Source: Phoronis australis (Eukaryota; Animalia; Phoronida). Taken from it: a stretch of 64,000 nt of DNA. Below, one piece after another: positions 29,601-40,600 of the stretch (positions are counted from its first letter, which is position 1; each line of letters opens with the position of its first letter). The stretch spans positions 790,518 through 854,517 of the forward strand of contig NMRA01000122.1 in assembly GCA_002633005.1 (NCBI GenBank), read 5' to 3'. The translations under genes were made by a program, and so were the position numbers. The notes beneath the pieces were generated by a model, which was given only the letters and a program-made list of their open reading frames with translations, ran no database searches and was not told the DNA's origin.

Positions 29601-31082
29601 TTTGCTGAAAACTTAATACTGGCATCTTAAATACAATTTACCTGTGAATGAAGTCACCATTTCATCTTTCTTTGCATTAACATGCTTTAGTGCCTCCTAT
29701 ATCCAGTATTTATAAGAGTAAGTGAAAAAGTAACATAGGGGGCGCTGCAATTAGTTGAACTACAGCTTTCAATTAATCGATTAGTAGGTCCCTACCAAAG
29801 ATTCTGACATGACTCCTTAAATTGCGGGTCGCTGTAGCGAGGAACAGTTTCCTCGACGTAATTTTCGATTCTTGTTCCAAAGCCTTCACGGTTGTTGTCT
29901 TGGGCTGCCAATATTAATAATAATTGGCAAAGATTAATCATATTTATCACTCAGTACGCCATAGGAAGGACTGTTAGTGTTAAGCTCATCGGCTAAGACG
30001 TTCAACACAATCTGCTTCAGAGTCGCCATACTGGATCGCACAGTGAGTGCTCACAGCTGTTCAGGAGCTGTTCCTTGTGTTCACGAGTACACGCTAGCAG
30101 GCGCTCACTCTGTTGAACACGCTTCAGGTTCTTTAAAGTCAGGGACTGCTATATCCGACCATTGGTAGCATGCGCGCACCCAGCCTAAAATANNNGGGGG
30201 GCTCGAATTTCTCGTTATGCGGACCTTTTGCTGAAGAAAATCTATGAGGACTAAAAATGGCCTACAACTTCTGCATCTGCGCCGAATTCCTGTGGACTTA
30301 GTGGACTTTTGTCTCGTTTGCACGGACTTTTTGTTACGCTGAGACGGACCTTTTTGCTCGTTCAAGCCCCCCCTGGGTGCGCCCATGAGTAGGGTGAGCA
30401 AACCAATATGGCGGAAATTCAGCAAGAGCGAAATTTTGACATTTTTCATGATTTTCACAAGGTCATATCTGTTGGGATACTAAATGACATGAAACAAAAA
30501 GTGTGCCAGCAAAATATTTGAACTTTCCCCTTTCTATTAATATCCATCAAAACAAATTGGGGTGATGATGAATATTTGAAAAATAAAAGTAATGCAAGCA
30601 TTTCACAAATTTTTCACTCACTGCTAAATTTTTGTGACCTTAAGTGGGGATCAGACTTTTTGCTGCTGACCATTTCTGAGCCCATTTTTCAGGGTCTAAA
30701 TTTTAAATAACTCCAGAACCGTCCAACGGATTTCAAAAATTTCAAAAGTACTACAAATGGCAGGTCAATATCTATAATTGAAACCATGTTCATGTGTTTC
30801 TGATAAAATTGGCATTTTGGTCTGCTCACCTTACCATTGCCATTGCAGTGCCACCTGCAAGTGCAAATGCTGGCGCTGCTCACAAGTCAACAGAGATATA
30901 CTAGTGTAACTTGTTTGAGGCCTGCTATATAATGCAGAGCCTAAAACTAACCAAGTTTCATATATGCCTGGATTTCTCCCTTTTCCAACAGCATAGAAAG
31001 GCATCCTATACAAAATAAATGACCAGGCTAATGACAACAATCTTCTCGTGCATGTGAAGTTTTCGAAAAGCAAGACTGACAT
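8663..31082 (-). CDS. RNASEH1: Ribonuclease H1, 8 coding exons, about 332 aa
   Basis: Exons 30952-31082, 23538-23626, 20344-20658, 19122-19227, 17316-17370, 16144-16228, 12495-12619, 8663-8755; all GT-AG with consistent phases (999 nt). Hybrid-binding domain [36 protein letters not shown]; catalytic motifs VYTDG, TNNRAE, RTDS, HVAGHSG..GNEAAD. Confidence 0.95.
9024..12284 (-). mobile_element. Composite of Helentron-like non-autonomous (HINE-type) repeats in RNase H1 intron 7
   Basis: Subterminal motif CTTGGCGAAATT repeated (~9048, ~9223, ~11247) and mirrored in the terminal palindrome CTTGTCGGAATTC-AAA-GAATTACGCCAAG (~12254-12282); GAY-rich microsatellite tracts; about 1.1 kb internal direct duplication (~10110-11105 vs ~11190-12230). 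Confidence 0.6.
13192..13830 (-). mobile_element. Truncated copy of the HINE-type element at 14681-15750
   Basis: Same terminus CAAGAACAACGTGGAGCGTTGAAATACGCCCAC and same internal CCACTAG(A/G)NGGC repeats. Confidence 0.65.
14681..15750 (-). mobile_element. HINE/DINE-1/pearl-like non-autonomous Helentron element
   Basis: On the minus strand: 5' palindrome ATGCGCCCACATAT-TT-ATATGTGGACGCAT, (GTCC)n microsatellite (15682-15703), internal tandem repeats, 3' subTIR GTGGGCGCAT plus stem-loop CAACGC-TCC-GCGTTG; T-rich insertion site. Confidence 0.75.
17505..18985. mobile_element. Tc2/pogo-type non-autonomous DNA transposon
   Basis: TIRs CCGTATTCGCTGTAATAACCGCCCA / TGGGCGGTTATTACGGCGAATACGG flanked by TA on both sides; related copy at ~52080-52669. 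Confidence 0.85.
19368..19498. repeat. Tandem repeat, about 43 bp x 3
   Basis: Unit AAACTATAGACATCAACTCTGGCAGTAAAAGTATGTATTTACA repeated three times. Confidence 0.9.
21995..22072 (+). repeat. Degenerate tRNA-like sequence (SINE head or tRNA pseudogene)
   Basis: A-box-like TAGCTCGTCAGCAGAGCA and B-box-like GGTTCAATT; no intact cloverleaf. Confidence 0.3.
22108..23383 (+). mobile_element. Kolobok-like DNA transposon derivative with long TIRs and decayed THAP domain
   Basis: TTAA on both sides (22104-22107, 23384-23387), AGG/CCT termini, about 290 bp imperfect TIRs; internal broken frames [10 protein letters not shown]...RRTWL...KHFLPSDY...[10 protein letters not shown] fit a THAP zinc finger. 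Confidence 0.8.
25450..25735. repeat. Tandem duplication, about 143 bp x 2
   Basis: Two near-identical copies starting AGACTACTATAGAACAGTATATC. Confidence 0.9.
26991..30125. mobile_element. Putative TIR element enclosing a satellite array
   Basis: GAAGCGTGTTTAATAGAGTGAGC at 26991 is inverted at 30103-30125 (GCTCACTCTGTTGAACACGCTTC); inner inverted pairs CCTGAACAGCTGTG / CACAGCTGTTCAGG. No clear TSD. Confidence 0.55.
27300..29545. repeat. Satellite-like tandem array, about 110 bp unit, roughly 18 diverged copies
   Basis: Recurring core CCTGYAGGTGGCGCAGCGATTAGTGGGAATAGTTGAATTAGTTGAAATG with homologous linkers, and higher-order blocks (e.g. ~28262-28480 vs ~29022-29228). Confidence 0.92.
30169..30387. 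mobile_element. MITE (CATG..GCACCCAG family)
   Basis: TIRs CATGCGCGCACCCAG / CTGGGTGCGCCCATG; homologous copy at 51535-51793. Confidence 0.75.
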
Positions 31083-31091
31083 TCAGGTTCG

Positions 31092-31118
31092 CTACGTGTG
31101 CTCTAGATGGCGCAACAT
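31092..31118 (-). promoter_or_regulatory. Short upstream ORF (MLRHLEHT*) ending 9 nt before RNase H1 Met1
   Basis: ATG TTG CGC CAT CTA GAG CAC ACG TAG on the minus strand; functional only if the TSS lies upstream of 31118. Confidence 0.55.
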
Positions 31119-31334
31119 CACAGCGCCACCTATACTGCGATAGAGTGTAGTGTTAATTGATATCGACTTTCGTTAAAATTGCCAATCACATTCCTTTTAA
31201 CGTAAATAGTTGCTGAAATAAAGATTTTAGAGTAAATTAAAGTTTTACTATTTGAATTTTATTTACAAAATAAAAACACGACTTGCGAGAATTTAAACGT
31301 GAAATCCTCCTTTTCTATCGCCGCCATTGCCGAG
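31119..31334 (+). promoter_or_regulatory. Bidirectional RNASEH1/RPS7 promoter and RPS7 non-coding 5'TOP exon 1 (~31306-31334)
   Basis: Pyrimidine tract TCCTCCTTTTCT (TCT-type initiator), CCGCCATT (YY1-like), then GAG|GTTTGT donor; about 230 bp from the divergent RNase H1 ATG. Confidence 0.7.
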
Positions 31335-33310
31335 GTTTGTAGACCGAACTCTCGATTCGAAGAAATCCCGTATAGTTATGCAATTTTGTAGTATTGAAAT
31401 TAATAAATAATTTTAAAACCTTGTCATTGAGCTCTTTTATAGCCGTTTTCATTTCTAAAATTAAGTAGATGCTGATTTTAAATAAAGGTATTAATGGATA
31501 AAGTACTGTGGGTTCTAAATGAGATCAAAAACACATTTGGCAGTCTGACTTGAAGCACTAAGCGTTTCTGGACGTTCGCACGTTTTTGTTCTTGCGTTGT
31601 GATCCAATTCTATACCCTCACCTCAACCGAGTTTATGTTGTGTGTACCATTCCGTTGTTACCGTGACAGCCCTCCTTTCAAGATGGGGAGGAATGTCGAG
31701 TAAACGGACCGGTCGGACCCCTCTTAATCTTAAAATGGCTGTCACTGAGTAACCGCAAAATCTGATGTTCTGTGAAAACTGGTATCCCGTATGCCATTTT
31801 GAAGAGGAATCCGTTTACTAATCTTTTATCAGTGATGCCGGAGATCTCTGGCAGTAGCCAAGACCAACAATGTCAGTGAGGAATTCTTGGAATTTGTTCA
31901 GTCATGAGCCTCATGATGAGGGTTTTTGACGGTGTTGTCCCTCTAAAGTAAAACAGTTTCGGAATTGGGTCCTTATGCACCAACGAAAACTTTATTGGTG
32001 CCAGTCAGTGACGTGTGGTGCAGCCCTAAAAGCGATCCTACATTAATGGTGTAATGACCTGATATAACGACAACGTGCCCGAATTTTGAAAACCAGTTAT
32101 CTCCACTGAATAATGGGCATCAAACTTTCTCGAAATATGGGCTAGTTATATTAGACTGTAATAGGTCTCGGCCTGCATTCTGCATTATATGACCAGTGCC
32201 CATGTCTGTATATATACTCGGGAACCCAATGGTCGTCCGCCTAAGCATAAAACCGACTTGCTGTTGTACTCACCGAATTATTCCACTTCAAAGTTATGAT
32301 CTGAATAGGATTCGATTTAACTCTCACAGATATACCGCATTCATCGATTCGGAAGTTTTCTTTAATTTGTGCCGAGTTATTTCAAATGTGCACTGCCTTC
32401 GGCAGCCATTTTATTGTGACACCTAAGGTCGTCATATGCTGCCCCCTTTTGTAAAAACTGAGAAACATGCAGAAAAAGGCCAACGAAGTAATGAAAATTG
32501 CAACAGCCTGTTTTTATTGACATAAACTCGATTTGAAGCTTTGATGTTGAGCTCTGCACTGTGGTTTCCAATAAAAGCCAATTGGACAACATTTCAATGC
32601 AGTTTAATGGTGAATGCGTGAGGCAAAAATGTTAAGAACCCAGCGTATCGCATTTGTCTGCGGATTTTTCCTTTGGCCTTCTAGATTCTACTAGTGCCTG
32701 GGACAAACAGATACATTGCATAAACAAACCCTGGATCATGTTTTGTGTCCCGTCGGAAGAAAATTTAAATTCGAAAACATCTTCTGAAAACGCACAAAAA
32801 AGTGTATTAGTAAAAACTACTGATTTTTAAGTGGTTTTAAAAAATAATCGGTAAACTCACCGATTTTTGTCTCATTACTTTGATACGTGTCTCATCCGAT
32901 AAGTTAGTACCTAACGTGCAGACGAGCACTCCAAATTGGAACGCTAAGTCCCGCGTGGTTGCGCTGCACGCGAAACAAGATGGCGGACGACCTTTGGAGC
33001 CTGACGACAATAGGTAACCGGACTATATAGTGCCAATGCTTTAAGCTCTGTGCTTGATTCAAAGCGTAGTTACAGTCTGTGTAGACTTGTAACTAGTAAT
33101 GCCAAACGTTCATTCAGCCTCGTTCAAATAATGCGTGTGAGGTCAATTTTGTACGTGGATTTTATTTTTTCTACTGGTAATTTAGAAAGTTTACTCGCTT
33201 GTGTCGAGCTCTGCCATATGTGCTGTATTTGCTTGACAGCAAGCAAGGATTTCAAAGAATTTTGGAATGTGCTACCTACTGAGTTTGGACTTGGTTGTTA
33301 TGAAACATAC

Positions 33311-33546
33311 CTGGGATCTGTTCCAAGAAAACTGAATTAGCCGAGACAAATCTTAAAATGGCAGTCAATTTTAAGATAAAATTAGAATTGTCTTTAGTCC
33401 GTTTCAAGAAATAGATCGTAAGTTTTTTGTCTTAATTTTGACTAACTTGCCAGATGTGGAAGATTCAAAGTTTGGAAGTTGAGATAAATCTAAGACTTAG
33501 TCAAAAATGAACTTACGTAAGCCTGTTTCTAGCAACAGGCTCCTGG
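33311..33546. mobile_element. Short MITE in RPS7 intron 1
   Basis: Imperfect TIRs CTGGGATCTGTTCCAAGAAA / TTTCTAGCAACAGGCTCCTG. Confidence 0.4.
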
Positions 33547-34628
33547 ATTATAAAACAATCAACCTGTTTCATTCACGCGTCTTCACAAATATTGGCAACA
33601 TCAAACTATAGAAATCTGCAATTGAATAACGGCACTTGTAAATCTACAACACGCGGTCGTCTTGAAATGTCCTTGTGCATCCTTGGCCTGAGGTCATATG
33701 CAAATTATTTCCAATCAACTGTCTGAGTCATTAAAGACACTCAAAGCTGGTCACACGTTTAGATGCATCCATAACTTTCAGTGGGCACAGTAAAACATGG
33801 CGCAACATATTCACAAGGAATTGCATATATATAGAATTGTTGCGATCCACTTCATCAAGGTTATGGTTTTGCTAAGGTTATGAATTCCCTAAGCTCGGGC
33901 AAACTGTGTTCGTACGTGTCGGTAAACATTTATGTACACACAGTTTATGTGTCTAGTATGGATAGGTCCCTTGTATGTGTTGCCTCCTGTTGTGGTTTTG
34001 TTGTTGGGGAGGTGTGACATACATGTGTATAAAGCCTCTCTAGATTGCTTTCCAATAGGCATTAGCCTCTTCGCTGAGTGGTTTGGATGCTCAACTGTTG
34101 TGCCAGCGGCCTGACCGAGTTCATTGGTAGTGGTCAACAGGTAGATTTGTCTACATTAGTGCCCAATAATGAGATCCACAAACTGAAGAGGCACCCACAG
34201 GTAGAAAGGGAGTTATTCACTTGTCCATGTCAGCATCACCGGTGGTGTCTTGGGTGTTGTGGGCATTGTAGTATTCGTTGGGTGTTTTTGCTTTCGTTAT
34301 TGACGGTTCCAAATGCATCATTCCATTTCGCCAAGTGTGACTCCCTCGAGGTGCTTCCGTATAGATCAGTTGACCAATACAAGTTGTTTCACATTACTGA
34401 CATAACTGTAAGAACAACATGTGGCAGCAGACCTTGTTAGCACATTGCCAGGTTTATTTCGATGATAGCAGGTCAAGACATAATGATCTCGTAAATGGTC
34501 CTGGTCGACATAATTTAGCCTCGTTTGTATCAAGCTGACTCTTGAGCTGTTTCAACCTGTCGTGTGTGTGTGTGGCCTAAATGTTCACCTGTAAACCAAT
34601 TAAAACAATATGTTTTTTATAATTTCAG

Positions 34629-37600
34629 ATGTTTACGGCGACTTCCAAAATAGTGAAGCCGCAAGGCGAAAAAACGGATGACTTTGAGTCTTCAATCTCA
34701 CAGGTAGGATTGTTGCATCAATAAATTTCCTTTTTTGCTAAGTGAATAAGATTTTCCAAGTTTTGACATTCAACCATATCCCTGAATAAAAATAATTGCA
34801 GGCGGTCTGGTACACGTAGTAGAGGTACTCAGGTGGGCCCATTGCACTGATCACCTGTAACCATTTTTATGGTTTATTAAGACGTGTTCCTTAACCTTGG
34901 TCCAAAAAGTTAAGGTAGGTGGATACACAAAAAATAAATATTTTTGACTGTTTTTTACATTTTTATGTCATCCTAATCTTTAATTCTTGATGCACAGTAT
35001 ACTGAAGAAAAATAAAATCATTCTGAAAATCCAAAAGTTGTTTTTTAGCTATATTTGACCAAGCCTCAGTAAGTCGTATGGCTTGAGTGCTCACCAGCTC
35101 AGTGATTGACAACTGGGGCGGAGCTTATATACAAGGACACTAGCTCTAATCTAACCCTGTCAACAAGCATTGCGTAACTAGGCAATCGGGAGTGCTGTAC
35201 CAGCTGATATTGGTGTTGTAGCAAGACCAATAATAAAATAATTCTATTTTTGACCATGTGAAAGTTGGTAGTGAAATGGTGAACTAGCTCCTGTTCCGAG
35301 CCTGAGCCCGTTTGTGTATCTGCAAAGTACGCCAAGTCCTACCGAAGCCATCACTGCACTCAGCTTGAGGAGTCAGTGCAGAAATTGTGCATGTAAAAGA
35401 GAAGTCGGTAATATGAGGTAAGGTGTCTTGCGAGAGGACGCTGAGCATCGACGTGGGTGGTGTTGCACGATTCGGTGAGAGTGCATGCACGCGCTGTGAA
35501 GACAAGCCGCGCGCGCGACACATTGACAACTACATGCCGTCAGAGTAGAGTCTTCGCAGATAAACCGTGCTTCTGTGCTGGGAACGNNNNNNNNNNNNNN
35601 NNNNNNNNNNNNNNNNNNNNNNNNNNNNNNNNNNNNNNNNNNNNNNNNNNNNNNNNNNNNNNNNNNNNNNNNNNNNNNNNNNNNNNNNNNNNNNNNNNNN
35701 NNNNNNNNNNNNNNNNNNNNNNNNNNNNNNNNNNNNNNNNNNNNNNNNNNNNNNNNNNNNNNNNNNNNNNNNNNNNNNNNNNNNNNNNNNNNNNNNNNNN
35801 NNNNNNNNNNNNNNNNNNNNNNNNNNNNNNNNNNNNNNNNNNNNNNNNNNNNNNNNNNNNNNNNNNNNNNNNNNNNNNNNNNNNNNNNNNNNNNNNNNNN
35901 NNNNNNNNNNNNNNNNNNNNNNNNNNNNNNNNNNNNNNNNNNNNNNNNNNNNNNNNNNNNNNNNNNNNNNNNNNNNNNNNNNNNNNNNNNNNNNNNNNNN
36001 NNNNNNNNNNNNNNNNNNNNNNNNNNNNNNNNNNNNNNNNNNNNNNNNNNNNNNNNNNNNNNNNNNNNNNNNNNNNNNNNNNNNNNNNNNNNNNNNNNNN
36101 NNNNNNNNNNNNNNNAAATCGCGTGCCAGGGTTTTTTGATAAATGGACCAGATTTTTAGTTATAAGACGGAAAGTGACCAAATGACAAAAAGTGGCGTGC
36201 TTGCCCCAACTCACACACAAAAAATGCCACAAAATCAAGATCATAATGATTTTGTACATATATTTGGTATGGATAAGTAGAATATTGCGTAAGGAAACAG
36301 TTGATGATGATCCCTGTGCATTTTGAAAAAAAATTCGAGGTAAAATTGGATTTTTTGAAAATTAAAAAATACGATTTTTTAAAAAAACGAACTACATAAA
36401 AAACTTTTTTTTCCGATTTTTGTCACTTTCAGAGTCATGTCTAACTAGTTAAAACTCCCTTTTTACTCATTTTAGTTAGGAACCTGGAGATTTGATCAGT
36501 GTATACACCTACCTTAAGATAGGAAGAAACAAAACCTGCGGCCACCTGTTGGAAAATGTAGCCTAGAGGAAATACCTCCACTCCACCAAGTGCCTACAGT
36601 ACTAAGTTCATGAAGTTCAGTGGGTCAATATGCAATTTTGGCGGAGTTTTACTAAGTTTAAGTTTGTGTTTTCTACTATAACAACAAGAGGGGATCCAAA
36701 TGCAAATCCAACTTTTGTTGCAATCATTTATGTAAATTGTGCTTTGTGTTGGACATTATGCACAATTTTTTGTGCGACAGAAATCCTGATTCTTAGAGAA
36801 TTTGAAGAAAGACATCCCAGGACATTTTTTTCTGTTATTGGTGCAGTTAATTGCTACGACTTGGCTGCAGCCGACATGTTTAACACTTTCTACCACTGTA
36901 GCCACTAGATGGCAGCTAGTTTGAGCCCAGGCAGTTCTGGAATTCCCGAGGTTAGTTATTTCCCTATCCAAAATGTTTGCTAGGATTGTATTTAGCATGT
37001 CACAAGTGTGAATTGGATTTCTGTTTATTGATTTCTGTGCGACCGCTACAGTATGAGCCTAGAGGCCACTTGTAATCTTGAGCACCAAAAACAGGGTTGG
37101 GGTTTTGTTGGACGTTTGTGTATAATCTTATGGGCTTGTGTTGCATCATTCGTGGGTGACTCAATAGGTTGTTGTCTTACACATTCGATGTATGCACATT
37201 GGGACGGTTTGTTTAGGCAGCTTCACGTCAACTTGCCTAGGGCCAGTGAGGGAGGAGCTTGATGTTATGTAGACTTGAGAGTAACTAAGAAGGGGATGGG
37301 CTTATACATGACCAGGGTGGCTTATACACAAGAAATACTAAGCTTAAGCTAACACTTCTGCAGATACAGTATTTATTTCGCATCCAGTTTACAACCATTG
37401 TTGGCTTTCACCTAGTGTACATTACGGTGTCAATCATTATGCTTCATGTTTCAGGCATTGTTGGATCTGGAGATCAACACTGACCTGAAAGCAAACCTTA
37501 GGGAGCTGCACATAGCTGGAGCAAAAGTGAGTTGTGAAGAAACCCCTAATATGATCTCATGGTTGGTCAACAGTTGCTGTTTACTAATGCAGAGCTAGTT

Positions 37601-40600
37601 CACCAAAGCAACAGTCATGATAGATGAAATATGTCAGTATTAAGTATGCATTTGCAGACCAGACATGAGAAGTGTTTTTAGTCGTACTAGGAATTAATTT
37701 CCTAATCTCAGTCTTCTAGGTAAAAGCTATTTTTCAATAACTTCTTAGAAGTAAATCCTCCACTAGAATATTAGTGAGATCTGGATTTCATTTAGTCTTG
37801 TGTGTGACGTTTGTAACAAACATAAAAGTGTATTGTTTGTATTGGAGATTATGCTTAAAGTGGTTGTAACGCATGGCATTGCTGTCTACAGTGGTCTCAA
37901 CACGTATCTGGTCAGACTTAGTGCTCGACTTGAAGTGCCTGCAGTGCTCTTCTCCTCATTGTAGTTACTAACCAAAACCAAAGCATGTATCAACTGTTGC
38001 ACAACAGTCTGCTTTAGTATTAGATACAAACTGCTCACGTAGGTCATAGCTATATCCATTCTTCCATTGCGTTTTCTTGACCTCGAGCCTCGAGGTATTG
38101 TTAAATGAAGTTTCCTGTTTCGTGTGCTTTGTTTGGTATGCCTTGTCAGTCTTCCATGCCGAACTGTGCACATGTTTATTGGTCAGTCCAGTGACTTTAG
38201 AATCTTATGAAGGACATAAGTGTGGCTGGCCTTAAGTCAAAGTGAGCTGTTGCAAGTTATGGAGTGGTAACCTTGTTGGAATCGACCCATTTGTATTTTA
38301 CAGGAAATCGATGTGCAAGGAAAAAAGGCCATCATCATCTTTGTCCCTGTGCCACAGCTGAAGAGCTACCAGAGGGTGCAGTCAAGACTTGTACGTGAGT
38401 TGGAGAAGAAATTCAGCGGCAAGCACGTCGTTTTTATTGCACAGGTTGGTGTCTGACTTCTGTATCTTAATCAGTAGTTGCATGGCATGCTTTCAGTTCA
38501 AAAGTAGCTCTTCAAACTCAGTTTTTTCAATTAGTCACTATGCGATTGACTTTTTTAATAGAACACAAGGTCAATTTCAGCTATACAATATGCCCCATAT
38601 AAGTAAAGATAATGTCTAGGAAGACTCATCTATTGAAGTAGTGCATAGAGCAATATCCTTTCAACTTGACAGATTATGCAAATGTGCCGTCTTTTATTGC
38701 ATTTAAAAATGAAATGTCATTTATTTAACTATGTCAGCTTGACACTTAGATGCAATTTACTGTGTTTGTCTTTCTTTTTGTCAATTTTGCTAGACGTCTC
38801 CTATTTGTCCACCCTAATCCCAGATAGCTTATCAACTGTTGTCTGGTTTCGCTGTGGACAACAATAACATTTATTGACTAACAACCAGTGTATTTTCATA
38901 TACTCTGGTATCTTGTTGGTAAATAACATTTTCTTCATGAAATAACGTAATTAAGAGTGTGGTTCAAGTTGTCGCGTTAATGTTCATCATGGTTTTTCTT
39001 TACGATTTAATGGTTTTCAGCGTCGCATTCTACCTAAACCAACAAGAAAAACAAGGACAAAAAATAAGCAGAAGCGTCCCAGGAGGTAAGTCTGTTGGGA
39101 TCAAAAACTGGTGTAACTTATCTTGTCCGTGAAGTAAAGTGGTTTGTTCTTAAAAGGTCACTTAAGACTTTGGGTGATTTCCAACAATCGAGAGATTTCG
39201 GTAAAACGGGGACTGATGACATGATTTTCTGTATGCAGCGTCTGCCCCATGTTCTTGTTTGCAAGTTGTTTAAAAAGATTGCAGTTTGTATGGTGGTTAA
39301 ATTGTACTAAACGTCTGATTTAAACTTTGTGAGATGCTCAGTTTATGTATTTCTTAAGTGACCACAACTCTTTACTGTGCATTTTCAGCCGAACTCTGAC
39401 GGCTGTGCACGACAGTATACTGGAGGACCTCTGCTTCCCGTCTGAAATTGTTGGAAAGAGGATCCGTGTGAAGATTGACGGCTCACGTACGATCAAGGTG
39501 CATCTCGACAAGCTGCAACAGACTAATGTGGAACACAAGGTCAGTTTAGCAGGCTTCTTTTCACTTGGATTGTTATGTCAGAATGTAACTGTACTTGTTA
39601 CAGGGCTTCGCATTTTCCTCTCTTGGTTTCAATTTCCTCTTATTTGATTTCTAGTCTCCTCTTTCTTCATCTCTTTTATTATTATTTTGACTTAATTCAT
39701 GCAAAAACGTTTATTTCAGTTAAATTCTACAACACAAAAGTTATTTCTATCACACAAGCTAACATATTGGTGTAACGATGCGTCACCAGGAACATTTTCC
39801 TCCCTTTTGTAATAGGTCATTCTAAGCTTTGTTGATATAATTTTGTGGTCGCATGCCTTCGTCATCTGCCTGCTGTTACCCTTGCTTGTCCGTTGATTGT
39901 CCCAAAAGTTGCGTGACGTGGTCACGTCGACACCAGATGGTTTCAGCTCTGTCATCGTAGTGGCCAAATGTGTATAATTTTATGACACCTTGAAGTGATG
40001 GCATTGTGACTGGCCTGCGCCAGTTGTTAATGTGACAAATCTGACAACCATAGCACCCCTGGTGGCCATTTTAATGTTTTTGCAAGATAGTGGTTGTCCA
40101 TTGATTATAGTCCAAGTTGCTTCACAAATTTTTGATAGGCCTTTGCCAGAGGTGTATGACCGGGACGCACTAGCACCAGTTGATTTTCAGCTTTGATACC
40201 ATAGTGGACAAGTGTGTCTAATTATGTTACTTATATTAAAAATACCCCTAGAAGAAAAAGTTTGTGGTGCAGTCTTAGGCACATTTCAATGCTTTGCTTT
40301 ACTTATGTAATTGTATCGTATTGTATTTATTGAGTCATAGGTCACAGTGTTGACTACTAATTCATATTCCAACTCGTATCTGGTTCCTGGCAAACTCATC
40401 TCAACCGTATTTTTGCTTGAATAGCCTAAACCTCAACTCCATCCTGTAGATAACTACTTTTTTAGGAAATATTTCACGTGTGAGTCAGTCGCACAATGAA
40501 TCAAGAGTCATAGACTCATTATGATTGGTTTAAAGTTTCTTGTGTCTGGATGTTACTATTCTGTAGCATTAGTCCACCCTAATAGCCAGATGACTTGTCC

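Noticed and set aside
35100-35300. Telomerase RNA (GC box, TATA-like element, then CTAACCCT)
   Set aside because: Lies inside a TTAA-flanked transposon; no U-rich pseudoknot or CR4/5 visible downstream.
35457-36259. Long ORFs of 190-242 aa
   Set aside because: Made of Ns from the assembly gap.
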